From Candidatus Woesearchaeota archaeon (GTDB lineage: Archaea > Nanobdellota > Nanobdellia > Woesearchaeales > UBA10216), in contig JACPIH010000002.1 in assembly GCA_016188155.1 (NCBI GenBank), positions 68,655 through 132,654 of the forward strand: a stretch of 64,000 bases of DNA, in the 5' to 3' direction. Position numbers and translations under genes: made by a program. The notes under the pieces are model-generated. The model worked only from the letters and a program-made list of their open reading frames with translations. It had not been told where the DNA came from and ran no database searches. Below are positions 1-9,553 of the stretch, in pieces. Every line of letters begins with the position of its first letter. The stretch's first letter is position 1.

Positions 1-288
1 ATAGCTGCTGCAGCGAGCGAAAGGGCAAACGGCGAAGCCTTCAACGTAGCAACAGGGAAAGGGACAAGCTTTCTTGAACTGGCAAAGGAAGTGATTAGGG
101 CAAACGGCGGAGGCAGCAGCAGATTCGTGCCATATCCCAAAGAAACAAAACAGCTCGAGCCTGGCGACTTTGTTGCAGACATCCGTAAGGTTAAGAAGCT
201 GCTGGAGTGGGAGCCAAAAACAGGGCTTGCAGAAGGCCTGAAGGCAACAATCAATTTTTATAGGAAAAATAAAAGCCGCTATTGGTGA
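1..288 (+). CDS. NAD-dependent epimerase/dehydratase, C-terminal part (runs off the window start)
   Basis: Frame 1 is open from base 1 (IAAAASERANGEAFNVATGKG...DIRKVKKLLEWEPKTGLAEGLKATI), a typical extended-SDR C-terminus. Confidence 0.85.
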   Translation: MAAAASERANGEAFNVATGKGTSFLELAKEVIRANGGGSSRFVPYPKETKQLEPGDFVADIRKVKKLLEWEPKTGLAEGLKATINFYRKNKSRYW

Positions 289-295
289 CCTGAAA

Positions 296-1384
296 ATGAA
301 AAGAATCCTGATAGGCAGCAGCGGAGGAGTGCCGTCAATAAATTTTGAACGCTCACTCAGAGACGCAAAAGAGCAGTACTACCTCATAGGAATGGACTCG
401 CATGAATACAACATATTCAGGGCAGAGGTTGACGAGTCCCACCTCATTACACTGGCCGCAGACCCCCTGTACATTCCCCTCCTGCAAGAACTGATCGAAC
501 GCGCAAAGCCTGACTTCCTGCACACGCAAAACGACTACTCAGAACTAAAAAAAATCTCTGACAACCGCCACAAGCTAAACACGCTGTTATTTATCCCCAG
601 CGATAGGACAATAAAAATCTGCATAGACAAAAACGCCTCTTACAGGGAGTGGAGCAAAGCTGGCCTGAACGTGCCCCACACAATCCTGGTCAAAACCGAG
701 GATGACCTGCTACAAGCGATAAAGCTCCATGGAACAGTCTGGCTCAGGTACAAAGAAGGCGGATTTGGGTATGGCTCACTGCACACGGGCGACTTCGAAT
801 TTGCGAAGAAATGGATAGACTACTTCAAAGGCTGGGGCAAGTTCACAGCGGCAGAATACCTGAGCGAGCACAGCGTAACATGGATGGCGCTGTACAAGGA
901 AGGCGAGCTGGTAGTTGCCCAAGGCAGGAAAAGGCTTTACTGGGAATTCGCAAGCAGAACAGTCTCAGGGGTAACCGGGGTAACAGGCACAGGCGTCACA
1001 GTAAGCGACCCTGTCCTGGACAAAATCGCGCAGGACGCAATCTACGCCATTGACAAGGAACCGCACGGGGTATTCAGCGTCGACCTGACATACAACTCAA
1101 AAGGCATCCCTACACCTACAGAGATAAACATAGGAAGGTTCTTCACAACGAGCTACTTCTACACCAAAGCAGGCCTGAACATGGCAGAGCTGTACGTCAA
1201 GCTCGCCTTCGGAGAGAAAATCCCACGGATAGAAAAGAAAATCAACCCCCTGCCGGAAGGGCTGGCATGGGTAAGGGGCATGGACGTTCTGCCCGTCCTA
1301 ACAACAGTAAAAGCCATAGAAGCGAAAAAGGCAGACCTGACGCGAAGGATACAAAATGCGCAAAGTCTCACCGGAAAAAAATAA
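296..1384 (+). CDS. ATP-grasp domain protein (carbamoyl-phosphate-synthase-L-like, glycan-cluster type)
   Basis: ICIDK, AEYL, FSVDL and TEINIGRF ATP-grasp motifs; sits among sugar-modification genes. Confidence 0.8.
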   Translation: MKRILIGSSGGVPSINFERSLRDAKEQYYLIGMDSHEYNIFRAEVDESHLITLAADPLYIPLLQELIERAKPDFLHTQNDYSELKKISDNRHKLNTLLFIPSDRTIKICIDKNASYREWSKAGLNVPHTILVKTEDDLLQAIKLHGTVWLRYKEGGFGYGSLHTGDFEFAKKWIDYFKGWGKFTAAEYLSEHSVTWMALYKEGELVVAQGRKRLYWEFASRTVSGVTGVTGTGVTVSDPVLDKIAQDAIYAIDKEPHGVFSVDLTYNSKGIPTPTEINIGRFFTTSYFYTKAGLNMAELYVKLAFGEKIPRIEKKINPLPEGLAWVRGMDVLPVLTTVKAIEAKKADLTRRIQNAQSLTGKK

Positions 1385-2309
1385 AGGGCTGATCCTCATC
1401 ACCGGAGGAACGGGCTTTATCGGAAAGCACCTGCTCAACCAGCTAGCAGCATCAGGGCGAAGAAGTATTTGCGTTCTCACAAGGCAGCATCGGCAGCAAG
1501 AATGTTACGAGGGCTTTTCATGCGTAAAAGGCGACCTCACCAAGCCGGAAACGCTTAAAAGCCTCTCTAAACTAAACATCCACACCGCAATTCATCTCGC
1601 AGCGCTAATACCAAACCAGGAAAACCGCAACAACGCGCAAGAGCACATGCGCCAAAACCTCGAAGGAACAATAAACCTGTTCCTTGCGCTCCCGCCAACA
1701 GTAAAGCACTTCATATTCATGAGCACAGCCGACGTTTATGGAACACCAGCCAAGCTTCCGGTAAGCGAAAGCCACCCCACCAAACCAATAAGCTACTATG
1801 CCGTAAGCAAGCTGGCAAGCGAACACTTCCTCAGAGCAGCGTGCCCAAAACGAAACATAACGCTCACCATACTCAGATTAAGCCACGTATATGGGCCAGG
1901 GGAGCCCGTCATCAAAGCAATACCCACGTTCATTTCCAGCTTCCTGGGAGGAAAGGCACCAACTCTCTACAGCAGCCCGAAAGAAGCCAGGGACTACGTG
2001 TACGTAGGCGATGTTGCCACGGCGATTAGGCTTGCAGCAGAATCGGAAAAAGGCGGCATATACAACATTGCAAGCGGAAAACCGCACAGAATAGGCAAGG
2101 TAATGGCAGAAATAAGGGCACAGATTAAAAGCCCGATAAACCCGGCAATAACTGGGCAGGGCAAAAGGCAGAAACCGCTTGTGCTTTACTTCAGCATCAG
2201 TGCGGCAAAACGCAAGCTCGGATACGAGCCGAAAACCCCTTTCGCCAAAGGCATAAGCCATGAAATAGAGTGGTTCAAAAATGCGAACAAGGCACACAAT
2301 CTACGCTGA
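1356..2309 (+). CDS. NAD-dependent epimerase/dehydratase
   Basis: ITGGTGFIG, HLAA, YAVSK (YxxxK), VYGPG and RDYVYVGD motifs. Confidence 0.9.
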   Translation: MRKVSPEKNKGLILITGGTGFIGKHLLNQLAASGRRSICVLTRQHRQQECYEGFSCVKGDLTKPETLKSLSKLNIHTAIHLAALIPNQENRNNAQEHMRQNLEGTINLFLALPPTVKHFIFMSTADVYGTPAKLPVSESHPTKPISYYAVSKLASEHFLRAACPKRNITLTILRLSHVYGPGEPVIKAIPTFISSFLGGKAPTLYSSPKEARDYVYVGDVATAIRLAAESEKGGIYNIASGKPHRIGKVMAEIRAQIKSPINPAITGQGKRQKPLVLYFSISAAKRKLGYEPKTPFAKGISHEIEWFKNANKAHNLR

Positions 2310-2940
2310 CCTAGACGGAACAATACTGGACACGAAGAAGCGCCACTACACTGTTTACAGCAGCATTCTACGAAAACACGGCTACAAGCCCCTAAACATC
2401 TCTGATTACTGGCGGCTTAAAACAGCAGGCAGAAATAATAAAGAAATCCTGGGCAGGTCCAAAGCGCAGCGCCTCACAAACCGGTTCACGGCAGAGTGGC
2501 TGCATAACATAGAAAAAAAGGAATACCTTGCCCTTGACTTGCTGCAGCGCAGCGCAAAAAAAAGCCTTACAGCGCTCCTCTCTTTCAGGCTGGTACTGGT
2601 AACCCTCCGCCGAAAACGCAGAAACCTGATATGGCAACTAGAACGCTTAGGCATAAAGGAACACTTCAGCGCAATTCTCAGCGCACCACCTTCGCGGCAG
2701 CCGCATAAACAAAAGGCAAGCCTCATCAAAAAAGACAGCCAAAACAACCACAAGGGGATTTTTATTATGGGAGATACGGAAGCGGACATTGCAGCAGCAA
2801 AAGCGCTCAAAATACCTGCAATAGCGGTAACCAGCGGAATCCGCAACAGCAAACAGCTGCTGAAGCTCAAGCCTGAGTTCACAGCCCAGCAACTAAGCGA
2901 CGCTGTGCAAATCATCAAAAAGCAAAGCGCCAGAAGGTAA
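2281..2940 (+). CDS. HAD-family hydrolase (phosphatase)
   Basis: DLDGTILD motif I and MGDTEAD motif IV. Confidence 0.88.
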   Translation: MRTRHTIYADLDGTILDTKKRHYTVYSSILRKHGYKPLNISDYWRLKTAGRNNKEILGRSKAQRLTNRFTAEWLHNIEKKEYLALDLLQRSAKKSLTALLSFRLVLVTLRRKRRNLIWQLERLGIKEHFSAILSAPPSRQPHKQKASLIKKDSQNNHKGIFIMGDTEADIAAAKALKIPAIAVTSGIRNSKQLLKLKPEFTAQQLSDAVQIIKKQSARR

Positions 2941-2943
2941 ACG

Positions 2944-3120
2944 ATGCCCATGATTTTTGGACTAACAAGACAGTGTAGGGGAATAAAAGCAGAAATAGAT
3001 GCTGCAATAAGCGATACATTGGAGAAAGGCAGGTTCATTCTTGGGGAAAAGGTTGGGCAGTTTGAAAGGGCATTTGCAAAATACTGCAGGGCAAAACGCA
3101 GTTTTCAGCCAGCTGATTGA
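2944..3120 (+). pseudogene. Truncated DegT/DnrJ/EryC1/StrS aminotransferase (N-terminal ~50 aa only)
   Basis: Manual translation MPMIFGLTRQCRGIKAEIDAAISDTLEKGRFILGEKVGQFERAFAKYCRAKRSFQPAD* matches the N-terminus of the intact paralogue at 45442-46548 (FILGNELKEFEQNFASYC). Confidence 0.8.
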
Positions 3121-3259
3121 CACGAACAACATAACAGGCCTTGATATTGGCTTTGACAAGGCCTACTATGAGCAGCAGGCCTGGCAGCACCTCTACACGT
3201 TCTACTATTCTGGAAACTACTATTACACTGTTTACGGCGGCGTTGAGATGACACTGTGA
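3098..3259 (+). pseudogene. Orphan C-terminal remnant of an unknown Tyr-rich protein at the island's left junction
   Basis: Different frame from the DegT stub: AVFSQLIDTNNITGLDIGFDKAYYEQQAWQHLYTFYYSGNYYYTVYGGVEMTL*. No credible start codon. Confidence 0.4.
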
Positions 3260-3300
3260 AAATTTTGAAATCACCGACGGAAAAACTACGGGATTTGACA

Positions 3301-3314
3301 GAAAGGTTTAAATA
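3301..3314 (+). promoter_or_regulatory. Archaeal BRE/TATA promoter of the island operon
   Basis: GAAAGG-TTTAAATA about 33 nt upstream of the GTG at 3348. Confidence 0.55.
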
Positions 3315-3347
3315 ACATCAAATATCGGCACCGACTGGGGTTAAAAA

Positions 3348-4013
3348 GTGGGAAAAAGGGGTTCATTTGCTATTAAGAAGAACAAGGTAGTTGTCCTATT
3401 TTTAGTTTTGTTATTCACCTCCTCACTTAGTTACCTTATTTTTGCTAATGCTGCCGAAGTTCAAGAAATTGTCAAGAGTGTGATTAATGGCAATTCCGCA
3501 AGTGTAGAAGCCAGTCCAGCACATATAAATTATGAGGAGAGTATGAAAAATTTCAGAGGTGCTCTTCTATCTTTAAATGTAACAAGTTCACACAGCTTTG
3601 AAAAAACAGTTGATTCTGAAAAACACGAGCTTTCAGTAGAGCTTATCGAACCTGTAACAAGACAAGGGGCTCATTTGAAAGTAAACAACGAGAATGTTTT
3701 TCTTCCATCTGGCGGTACCAGTTATATAGATGGTTGGCTTATCAGGAACAGGGGAAATATCAAAGATCCAAATGGCATAATCAGTTCAAACATAGATTCT
3801 TTTTACATAGGCACCGATGGCGACTGCAGCCTTGCAGACCATTACGAATGCATTGATGGGAATTTGCACTGGTTTTATTGCAATGGCACGGACTATGGCA
3901 TGGTGGAAGAGTGCGATTCGTGCCAAGATAATGAATGTGTAAAAAAAGGAACTTTTGCCCGCTGGGAGCGAATAAAGGTACTTAGGCAAAATGTTAGTGT
4001 TGCAAGTGAATAA
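3348..4013 (+). CDS. Secreted or membrane-anchored protein with a Cys-rich C-terminus
   Basis: Basic then hydrophobic N-terminus (KKNKVVVLFLVLLFTSSLSYLIFANA); C-terminal CSLADHYEC..YCNG..ECDSCQDNEC; ends 2 nt before the next ATG. Confidence 0.7.
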   Translation: MGKRGSFAIKKNKVVVLFLVLLFTSSLSYLIFANAAEVQEIVKSVINGNSASVEASPAHINYEESMKNFRGALLSLNVTSSHSFEKTVDSEKHELSVELIEPVTRQGAHLKVNNENVFLPSGGTSYIDGWLIRNRGNIKDPNGIISSNIDSFYIGTDGDCSLADHYECIDGNLHWFYCNGTDYGMVEECDSCQDNECVKKGTFARWERIKVLRQNVSVASE

Positions 4014-4015
4014 AT

Positions 4016-7000
4016 ATGAACAAGAATTTATTGGTAATTTTGGCAATCATTTTAGCTGCAGTTCTGTTACCGATATTGGTTGAAGCTTTGCCAGTGATAG
4101 ATTCTGATGAGAGTTGGAACGTTAATGGCGGGACTATATTTGACAATGTTATCTGGACTGATGATAACATAGACTTCGAAGTAAATGGGATTAATGATGG
4201 CTCAGCAGACTTTGTTTGTGTGGATTGGAACAACGATGGAACTTTCGATAATTGCTATTACGATTCTAATGGCTGTACTTCAAGTTGCGGGGTAAATGAT
4301 TGCGATTTTTTCCCTATTCCTCAAAACATGAATGATGCCAATAAGGAAAGTTGCGATATTGAAGGAAGCTGTAAGGAAGGAGTTGACGTTGCACAAAGAG
4401 TATGTGATGGGTGTAGTGCGGTAGACACGTCCAATATTCAGAACACATACGTCAATGCTACTGTATACTACGATTGTGATAACTCGCAGAGTAACAGGCA
4501 CTCAGATTCACTGGCTAAGGTTGGTTTTTGGGTCATCAATCCCCAAAAGTTTGATTGTGATGCTGACGGTACCGAGGAAGCCGACAATTATAAGGCTGGT
4601 ACAGCTTATTACGACCTTGAAGGAAAGAACGGTAGCGGCAGCACGGATTGGAAAAACGTAAAAAGCGATTTAGGGTGCCCAGCATACAGGATTTGTGATC
4701 CTACCAGCAGCCATACAAATCATGATGATGAAGAAGTTACAACGAGAACAGGGATAATTCTGTCACCTTGCTCGCTTGAAGATGGCTCGACACTAAATCA
4801 CGTCTGCACTCAAAACGCCGATTGCTATTCCGGAAACTGCGGCGGCTGGGCTACTGATGAGAAACATGTATGCGTAACGGATGGAAGCAACAATTACTAC
4901 CAACAGTTTAAGTATACCAACAGGACTTGCGGAGGAGCAGGCTATACTGATGGCATATTTTATACTAATGCCACGCTTTCGTGCGCTGTAAAGGCAGGAC
5001 CAAGCTACGTCTGTGACTCAGACCATGATGAAAATGTCACAACAAACCCAACCACTCCTGCTTTACCATGCAAAAAAGCAGTTGGCCAACCTTGCTCCCA
5101 AGACAGCGACTGCTGGAACGACGATGGTGGTGTCTTATGCACATCAGGTTATTGCAAAGGGCTGCCAACTTACTGCACTGGCTCGATAGAAGTTCTTACC
5201 GAGGACAGCAGCGGCGCGCCCCTTTCCGGCTTAAGCGTTTACTGGAACGCTACATACAACGGCACCACGGATAGTCTTGGGCAAAGGATACTAAACCTTA
5301 ACGTCACATGCGGCTCTGACCAGAACGTTACGGTAAAGTGCTCCAATAACAGCACTGTTTGCGATACCAAGCTGACACAGATTGACAGCAGCGGCGACAT
5401 AGACTTCCTGTACTTTGAGTGCACAAAGTGCAGCCCGAAGAAGGACCTTTACGTTACGCAAAGTGATGTTTACGTTAACATAACAAGTAAGAGTGTGAAC
5501 GTTACAGTTCATTCTTCCAGCATAACGTCTAATGTGCAAGTTACGGTTTATAGACTGGACGAAGAAGGTGTCACAAAGGAAAGCAGTTCAACAACTATAT
5601 CACTGACTGCGGGTTCAGAAAAGAATGCCTCATTCACTTTAAGCAGTATCGCATCAACTGATTTCCTGCACATATACGTGGACTCCAATAACGCAGTAAA
5701 AGAGGACGACGAGACAAACAACTACGTTTTCAGGGCGGCAGTAAAACCGATTAAGGCCTATATTGACGTTAAGCTTGACCCTTCTTTCTCCATTCTGAAC
5801 GAGCTGGTAAAGGAATACATTGGCACTTTCGTGGAACCTTCAAGTTCTTCCCAAGCAGATGTCATAATCATTGTCGGGCACCCAAAAGTGTCCAATTCTG
5901 AGCCGTTCAATATAACTGGCACAATTATTGGCGGCGGTAAATCCATGCAGAAAGCATACGCTGGAGTTGTTAAAAAGGCTCCGGATTTTGTGAATAGTTA
6001 TTCTGGGAAGCCTGAAATATTAGTGTACGGCAACCAAATCCAGGGCGATATCGCTGCTGTGAAGCGCTTAATCAGTGCCAGAAGCATCTTTTTGGATAAA
6101 GGAACAAGCAGCAAATCGTATACCGTTTTTATTGATGACTACGACTCGTTAGGTATTTCCGTGATGGACCTTATGAGTAGGAACGAGACTAAAAAGCACA
6201 TGAAAAACAACAACATTACGTTAGCTAACGATGTTAGGAAGATTCTTTATGATAACAATTTTGAGGTTGCCGTGAAGCCTGTGAAGACGCTGAGCACCAC
6301 TTCGTATGGTAATTCGAGCATATTACGGGTCAAGAATGTAAATACTGATTTTTCTGTAAGTTATAAAGATGCTGTTGGTATCAGTAACTTTCCAGTAGTT
6401 TTTAGCGGTGGACTTTTTAGCCATTTAACTGCATGGGAAGGCAATGGTAAAGGGTTAGCCAAACAGATGGCCGGGGAAGGTTGGGACGTATGGGAAATAG
6501 AAATGACAGGAGGTCCCGATACCGATTGTAGTGTTTCAGATGTTGACACTTGTCCTAATTACGCTTACAGCGATTTGACAACGTACTTTTGGCCTGCACT
6601 AATTGCTGGAATTCAAAAATACTCGGGAAAAGGTCAGGTTGATTATGTGGGGCATAGTAATGGCTGCTTGGCGGCGCTAAGTGCGTTGAATAATTATTCC
6701 TTGTCTGGTAAAAATAATACTGGCTACTACTTTAACTATAACACGGGACAGTACTTATTCGTGAATCTCTCCTCAAACCCTGTGAGGAAGTTTGTAGGAG
6801 TGGCATGCCCCTCAGTTTTAGACGACAGCACAGCATATACGACTCTGGCAAGATTAAACAGCAAGTTTGGTAGTGGAACAGCCGGCGATGTGGCTATGAA
6901 TAAACTCGCTGGCAAAAAGCACGTAACAATGGGACAATACGCACAATACCTCGTTCCTAGCACACCCACCAAACTTGACGACTACGCCAGTTTCATACTA

Positions 7001-7300
7001 GCATTTGCAGGCGGGAAAAAAATCTCCTACAACCTTATGGACTTCTACAATGATTTGGCGGTAAGTAATTCAGATTCTATAAATTTGAGCGGACTAAACG
7101 TAAGCAAACTTTACCTGTTGGCAACAAATCCGGACGATTTCATAGTGTCCTACGACGATCAGCTTGAAATAAATGGTAGCGCTACAGCTCTAACAGCACC
7201 TAATAAAGAGATAATAACCTATCAGGGCATAACATTTAATCATATAGCGATTAAAGATAGGCCGACAGTAAAAGAAAAAATAAAAGAGAAATTAAAATGA
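4016..7300 (+). CDS. Large secreted multidomain protein (signal peptide, Cys-rich repeats, CARDB-like Ig domain, conserved linker domain, C-terminal alpha/beta-hydrolase); putative polymorphic toxin
   Basis: Signal peptide MNKNLLVILAIILAAVLLPILVEA; CTQNADCYSGNC and CSQDSDCW..CTSGYC repeats; CARDB-like VDSNNAVKEDDETNN; PVVFSGG oxyanion strand; YVGHSNG nucleophile elbow; candidate Asp (DDFIVS) and His (FNHIAI). Confidence 0.85.
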   Translation: MNKNLLVILAIILAAVLLPILVEALPVIDSDESWNVNGGTIFDNVIWTDDNIDFEVNGINDGSADFVCVDWNNDGTFDNCYYDSNGCTSSCGVNDCDFFPIPQNMNDANKESCDIEGSCKEGVDVAQRVCDGCSAVDTSNIQNTYVNATVYYDCDNSQSNRHSDSLAKVGFWVINPQKFDCDADGTEEADNYKAGTAYYDLEGKNGSGSTDWKNVKSDLGCPAYRICDPTSSHTNHDDEEVTTRTGIILSPCSLEDGSTLNHVCTQNADCYSGNCGGWATDEKHVCVTDGSNNYYQQFKYTNRTCGGAGYTDGIFYTNATLSCAVKAGPSYVCDSDHDENVTTNPTTPALPCKKAVGQPCSQDSDCWNDDGGVLCTSGYCKGLPTYCTGSIEVLTEDSSGAPLSGLSVYWNATYNGTTDSLGQRILNLNVTCGSDQNVTVKCSNNSTVCDTKLTQIDSSGDIDFLYFECTKCSPKKDLYVTQSDVYVNITSKSVNVTVHSSSITSNVQVTVYRLDEEGVTKESSSTTISLTAGSEKNASFTLSSIASTDFLHIYVDSNNAVKEDDETNNYVFRAAVKPIKAYIDVKLDPSFSILNELVKEYIGTFVEPSSSSQADVIIIVGHPKVSNSEPFNITGTIIGGGKSMQKAYAGVVKKAPDFVNSYSGKPEILVYGNQIQGDIAAVKRLISARSIFLDKGTSSKSYTVFIDDYDSLGISVMDLMSRNETKKHMKNNNITLANDVRKILYDNNFEVAVKPVKTLSTTSYGNSSILRVKNVNTDFSVSYKDAVGISNFPVVFSGGLFSHLTAWEGNGKGLAKQMAGEGWDVWEIEMTGGPDTDCSVSDVDTCPNYAYSDLTTYFWPALIAGIQKYSGKGQVDYVGHSNGCLAALSALNNYSLSGKNNTGYYFNYNTGQYLFVNLSSNPVRKFVGVACPSVLDDSTAYTTLARLNSKFGSGTAGDVAMNKLAGKKHVTMGQYAQYLVPSTPTKLDDYASFILAFAGGKKISYNLMDFYNDLAVSNSDSINLSGLNVSKLYLLATNPDDFIVSYDDQLEINGSATALTAPNKEIITYQGITFNHIAIKDRPTVKEKIKEKLK
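5861..6810 (+). repeat. Shared cassette homology block, copy 1 (inside the 1094-aa gene)
   Basis: 6053-6810 aligns with 7917-8678, and 5861-~6350 aligns with 9628-~10120, at both DNA and protein level. Confidence 0.92.
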
Positions 7301-7896
7301 AAATTACTAAAAATCATTTACTCACAGCATTACATCTGTTACTAGCTACGATAACTGGTGGCTTTTTTGCCGGACTGCAATCTATTATACACCCAAGTGA
7401 CGCAACAATTTTTGCTCCGATATATTTTATTGCACTAAATTCGTTATTGTTTACGCCAGCCATACTTTTTTCACTTTTTTATATTTTTATGGCAAGTAAA
7501 ATTTTAAAAAACGATTTTAAACCTTCACGTGGTTTGTGGACTGGAACGATTGCTGGATTACTGTTGGCAAGCGTATTATTGACGTATTTATTAAACGTTG
7601 AAATAACAGAATCCTATAAAGTTGAAGGTGGCGCTATAAATGAAGATTTTAAAGGTACGGCCACAGGATTAGAAAAATTGTCATTAACTTCATTCTATTC
7701 ATTTTTGATTTTATTTTCTATCCTTACTCCACTAATAGATTTTTTCGATTTTAAAAGAAGAAAAACAAGAATTGACACAAAAAATTTCTTTTTACTTTTA
7801 GGATTGTCTATTGGTTATTATGTTCTGATTTTCCTTTGGAGAATTGTATTATTTTATGCCGTTAACATATTTTTATTTTTCGCATTATGGAGCTAA
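7297..7896 (+). CDS. Multi-pass membrane protein, putative cognate immunity protein 1
   Basis: About 5 hydrophobic segments, very AT-rich, ATGA overlap with the hydrolase gene stop. Confidence 0.65.
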   Translation: MKITKNHLLTALHLLLATITGGFFAGLQSIIHPSDATIFAPIYFIALNSLLFTPAILFSLFYIFMASKILKNDFKPSRGLWTGTIAGLLLASVLLTYLLNVEITESYKVEGGAINEDFKGTATGLEKLSLTSFYSFLILFSILTPLIDFFDFKRRKTRIDTKNFFLLLGLSIGYYVLIFLWRIVLFYAVNIFLFFALWS

Positions 7897-9140
7897 AAAT
7901 GATTCGAAAACAATTAGCTGCTGTGAAGCGTTTAATCAGCGCACGAAATATCTTTTTGGATAAAGGGACTGGCAGTAAGTCGTACACGGTGTATATTGAT
8001 GATTTTGATTCTCTTGGTATTTCTGTGATGGATTTGATGAGTAGGAATGAGACTAAGCTGCATCTTAAAAACAACAACATTACATTAGCCAATGACGTTA
8101 GGAAAATCCTGTTTGACAACAACTTTGAAGTGGCTGTAAAGCCTGTGAAGACGCTGAGCACAACTTCTTATAACAATTATTCGATTTTAAGAGTAAAGAA
8201 TGTTAATTCTGATTTTTCTGTAAGTTATAAAGATGCTGTTGGTATCAGTAACTTTCCAGTCGTGTTTAGCGGTGGACTTTTTAGTAACTTGATTGCTTGG
8301 GAAGGTGATAATGGTAAGGGTTTAGCCAAGCAAATGGCTGGTGAGGGCTGGGATGTCTGGGAGATTGAAATTACTGGAGGGCCTGAAACTGATTGCAGTA
8401 GTTCAGAAATAGATACTTGTCCTAACTATACGTACAGCGACTTAACCGACTTCTACTGGCCAGCTTCGATTGCAGGGGTTCAAAAATATTCAGGAAAAAA
8501 TCAGATTGACTATGTGGGGCATAGTAATGGTTGTAGGGCAGCTTTAAGCTCACTAAATAGCTACTCTACTTCCGGTAAGAATAATTCAGGTTATTATTTT
8601 AATTACAACACGGGGCAGTATTTTCTCGTAAATCTGTCTACAAATCCCGTCAGGAAGTTTATCGGCGTCGCGTGCCCAACAACTTTAAATGACGTATCGG
8701 ATATCTCTGTGATAGCCAGAGAATTAAAGGGAGGGGTATCAAAAGGAGACCTAGCAATAAGAGCTCTTTATAATGATAAAATTCAGCATATAAAACGCCA
8801 ATCTTATGCTGGGAGGTTGGATGCAAAAGCCTGGTTTGTAGCAAGAAGTGATTACAAAATATCTACTGCTTTGATGAAGTTTTATAATGACATAAGCATC
8901 GAGACAAATACACAATTCGCTGTTTCACCAAATATTGCTAACAGAACATATTTATTTGCCGGAACAGAAGGCTATTTTGGTTTAAAACATTACGAAGGAG
9001 ATGGAGTTGTGCCTCTGAGTGATATGCTTATGCTCAACAATTCCTTAGATAATTCTGTTTTATATCTTATTAAAGAAAATCATGGCGGGATACTATCCAA
9101 TCCATTATTTATTGGCACTATCAAGGAGGCTGTAAAATGA
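7887..9140 (+). CDS. Orphan (N-truncated) alpha/beta-hydrolase cassette 2 with a divergent C-terminus
   Basis: From AAVKRLISAR to GVACP it is highly similar to the 1094-aa protein, then diverges. Has GHSNG, GDGVVP and ENHGG; no signal peptide. Confidence 0.85.
   Translation: MELKMIRKQLAAVKRLISARNIFLDKGTGSKSYTVYIDDFDSLGISVMDLMSRNETKLHLKNNNITLANDVRKILFDNNFEVAVKPVKTLSTTSYNNYSILRVKNVNSDFSVSYKDAVGISNFPVVFSGGLFSNLIAWEGDNGKGLAKQMAGEGWDVWEIEITGGPETDCSSSEIDTCPNYTYSDLTDFYWPASIAGVQKYSGKNQIDYVGHSNGCRAALSSLNSYSTSGKNNSGYYFNYNTGQYFLVNLSTNPVRKFIGVACPTTLNDVSDISVIARELKGGVSKGDLAIRALYNDKIQHIKRQSYAGRLDAKAWFVARSDYKISTALMKFYNDISIETNTQFAVSPNIANRTYLFAGTEGYFGLKHYEGDGVVPLSDMLMLNNSLDNSVLYLIKENHGGILSNPLFIGTIKEAVK
7917..8678 (+). 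repeat. Shared cassette homology block, copy 2
   Basis: Aligns with 6053-6810; 8209-8260 is identical to 6345-6396. Confidence 0.92.
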
Positions 9141-9553
9141 ACAAGAAACTAATTTACAGAATACTGATAAATAACTTTTTGTTTATATTTTTTGAGATTA
9201 TCTTTTTGGGTTTGATATTGTTGGGTGTTTTTGATGGTTTGATGCCTTCAAATTATGGAGCCTGGATATCCTACGAGGGTTATGGAGTAGTAATCGCAGG
9301 AACTATGGCGGTTATAATCTGCTCCTACGTCTTAGCATATAAAAGATATAACAGTTCAGATACTACGCTTAAGTCTCTTATGAAATATTATAACCTATCC
9401 TTTATTTTAATGATGATCTTTTTGATAAAACTGTTAACTTTGCCTGCCTTTTCACCAGTCATGATTATTGCGTCGCTTTTTGCATTTTTCTTTTTGCTAA
9501 GTTTTTTTGCTTCAATACTGCATCGGATACAAAGCAGAGGTTCAGAAAAATGA
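9137..9553 (+). CDS. Four-TM membrane protein, putative cognate immunity protein 2
   Basis: Four hydrophobic segments, ATGA overlap with the cassette 2 stop, no visible similarity to 7297-7896. Confidence 0.65.
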   Translation: MNKKLIYRILINNFLFIFFEIIFLGLILLGVFDGLMPSNYGAWISYEGYGVVIAGTMAVIICSYVLAYKRYNSSDTTLKSLMKYYNLSFILMMIFLIKLLTLPAFSPVMIIASLFAFFFLLSFFASILHRIQSRGSEK

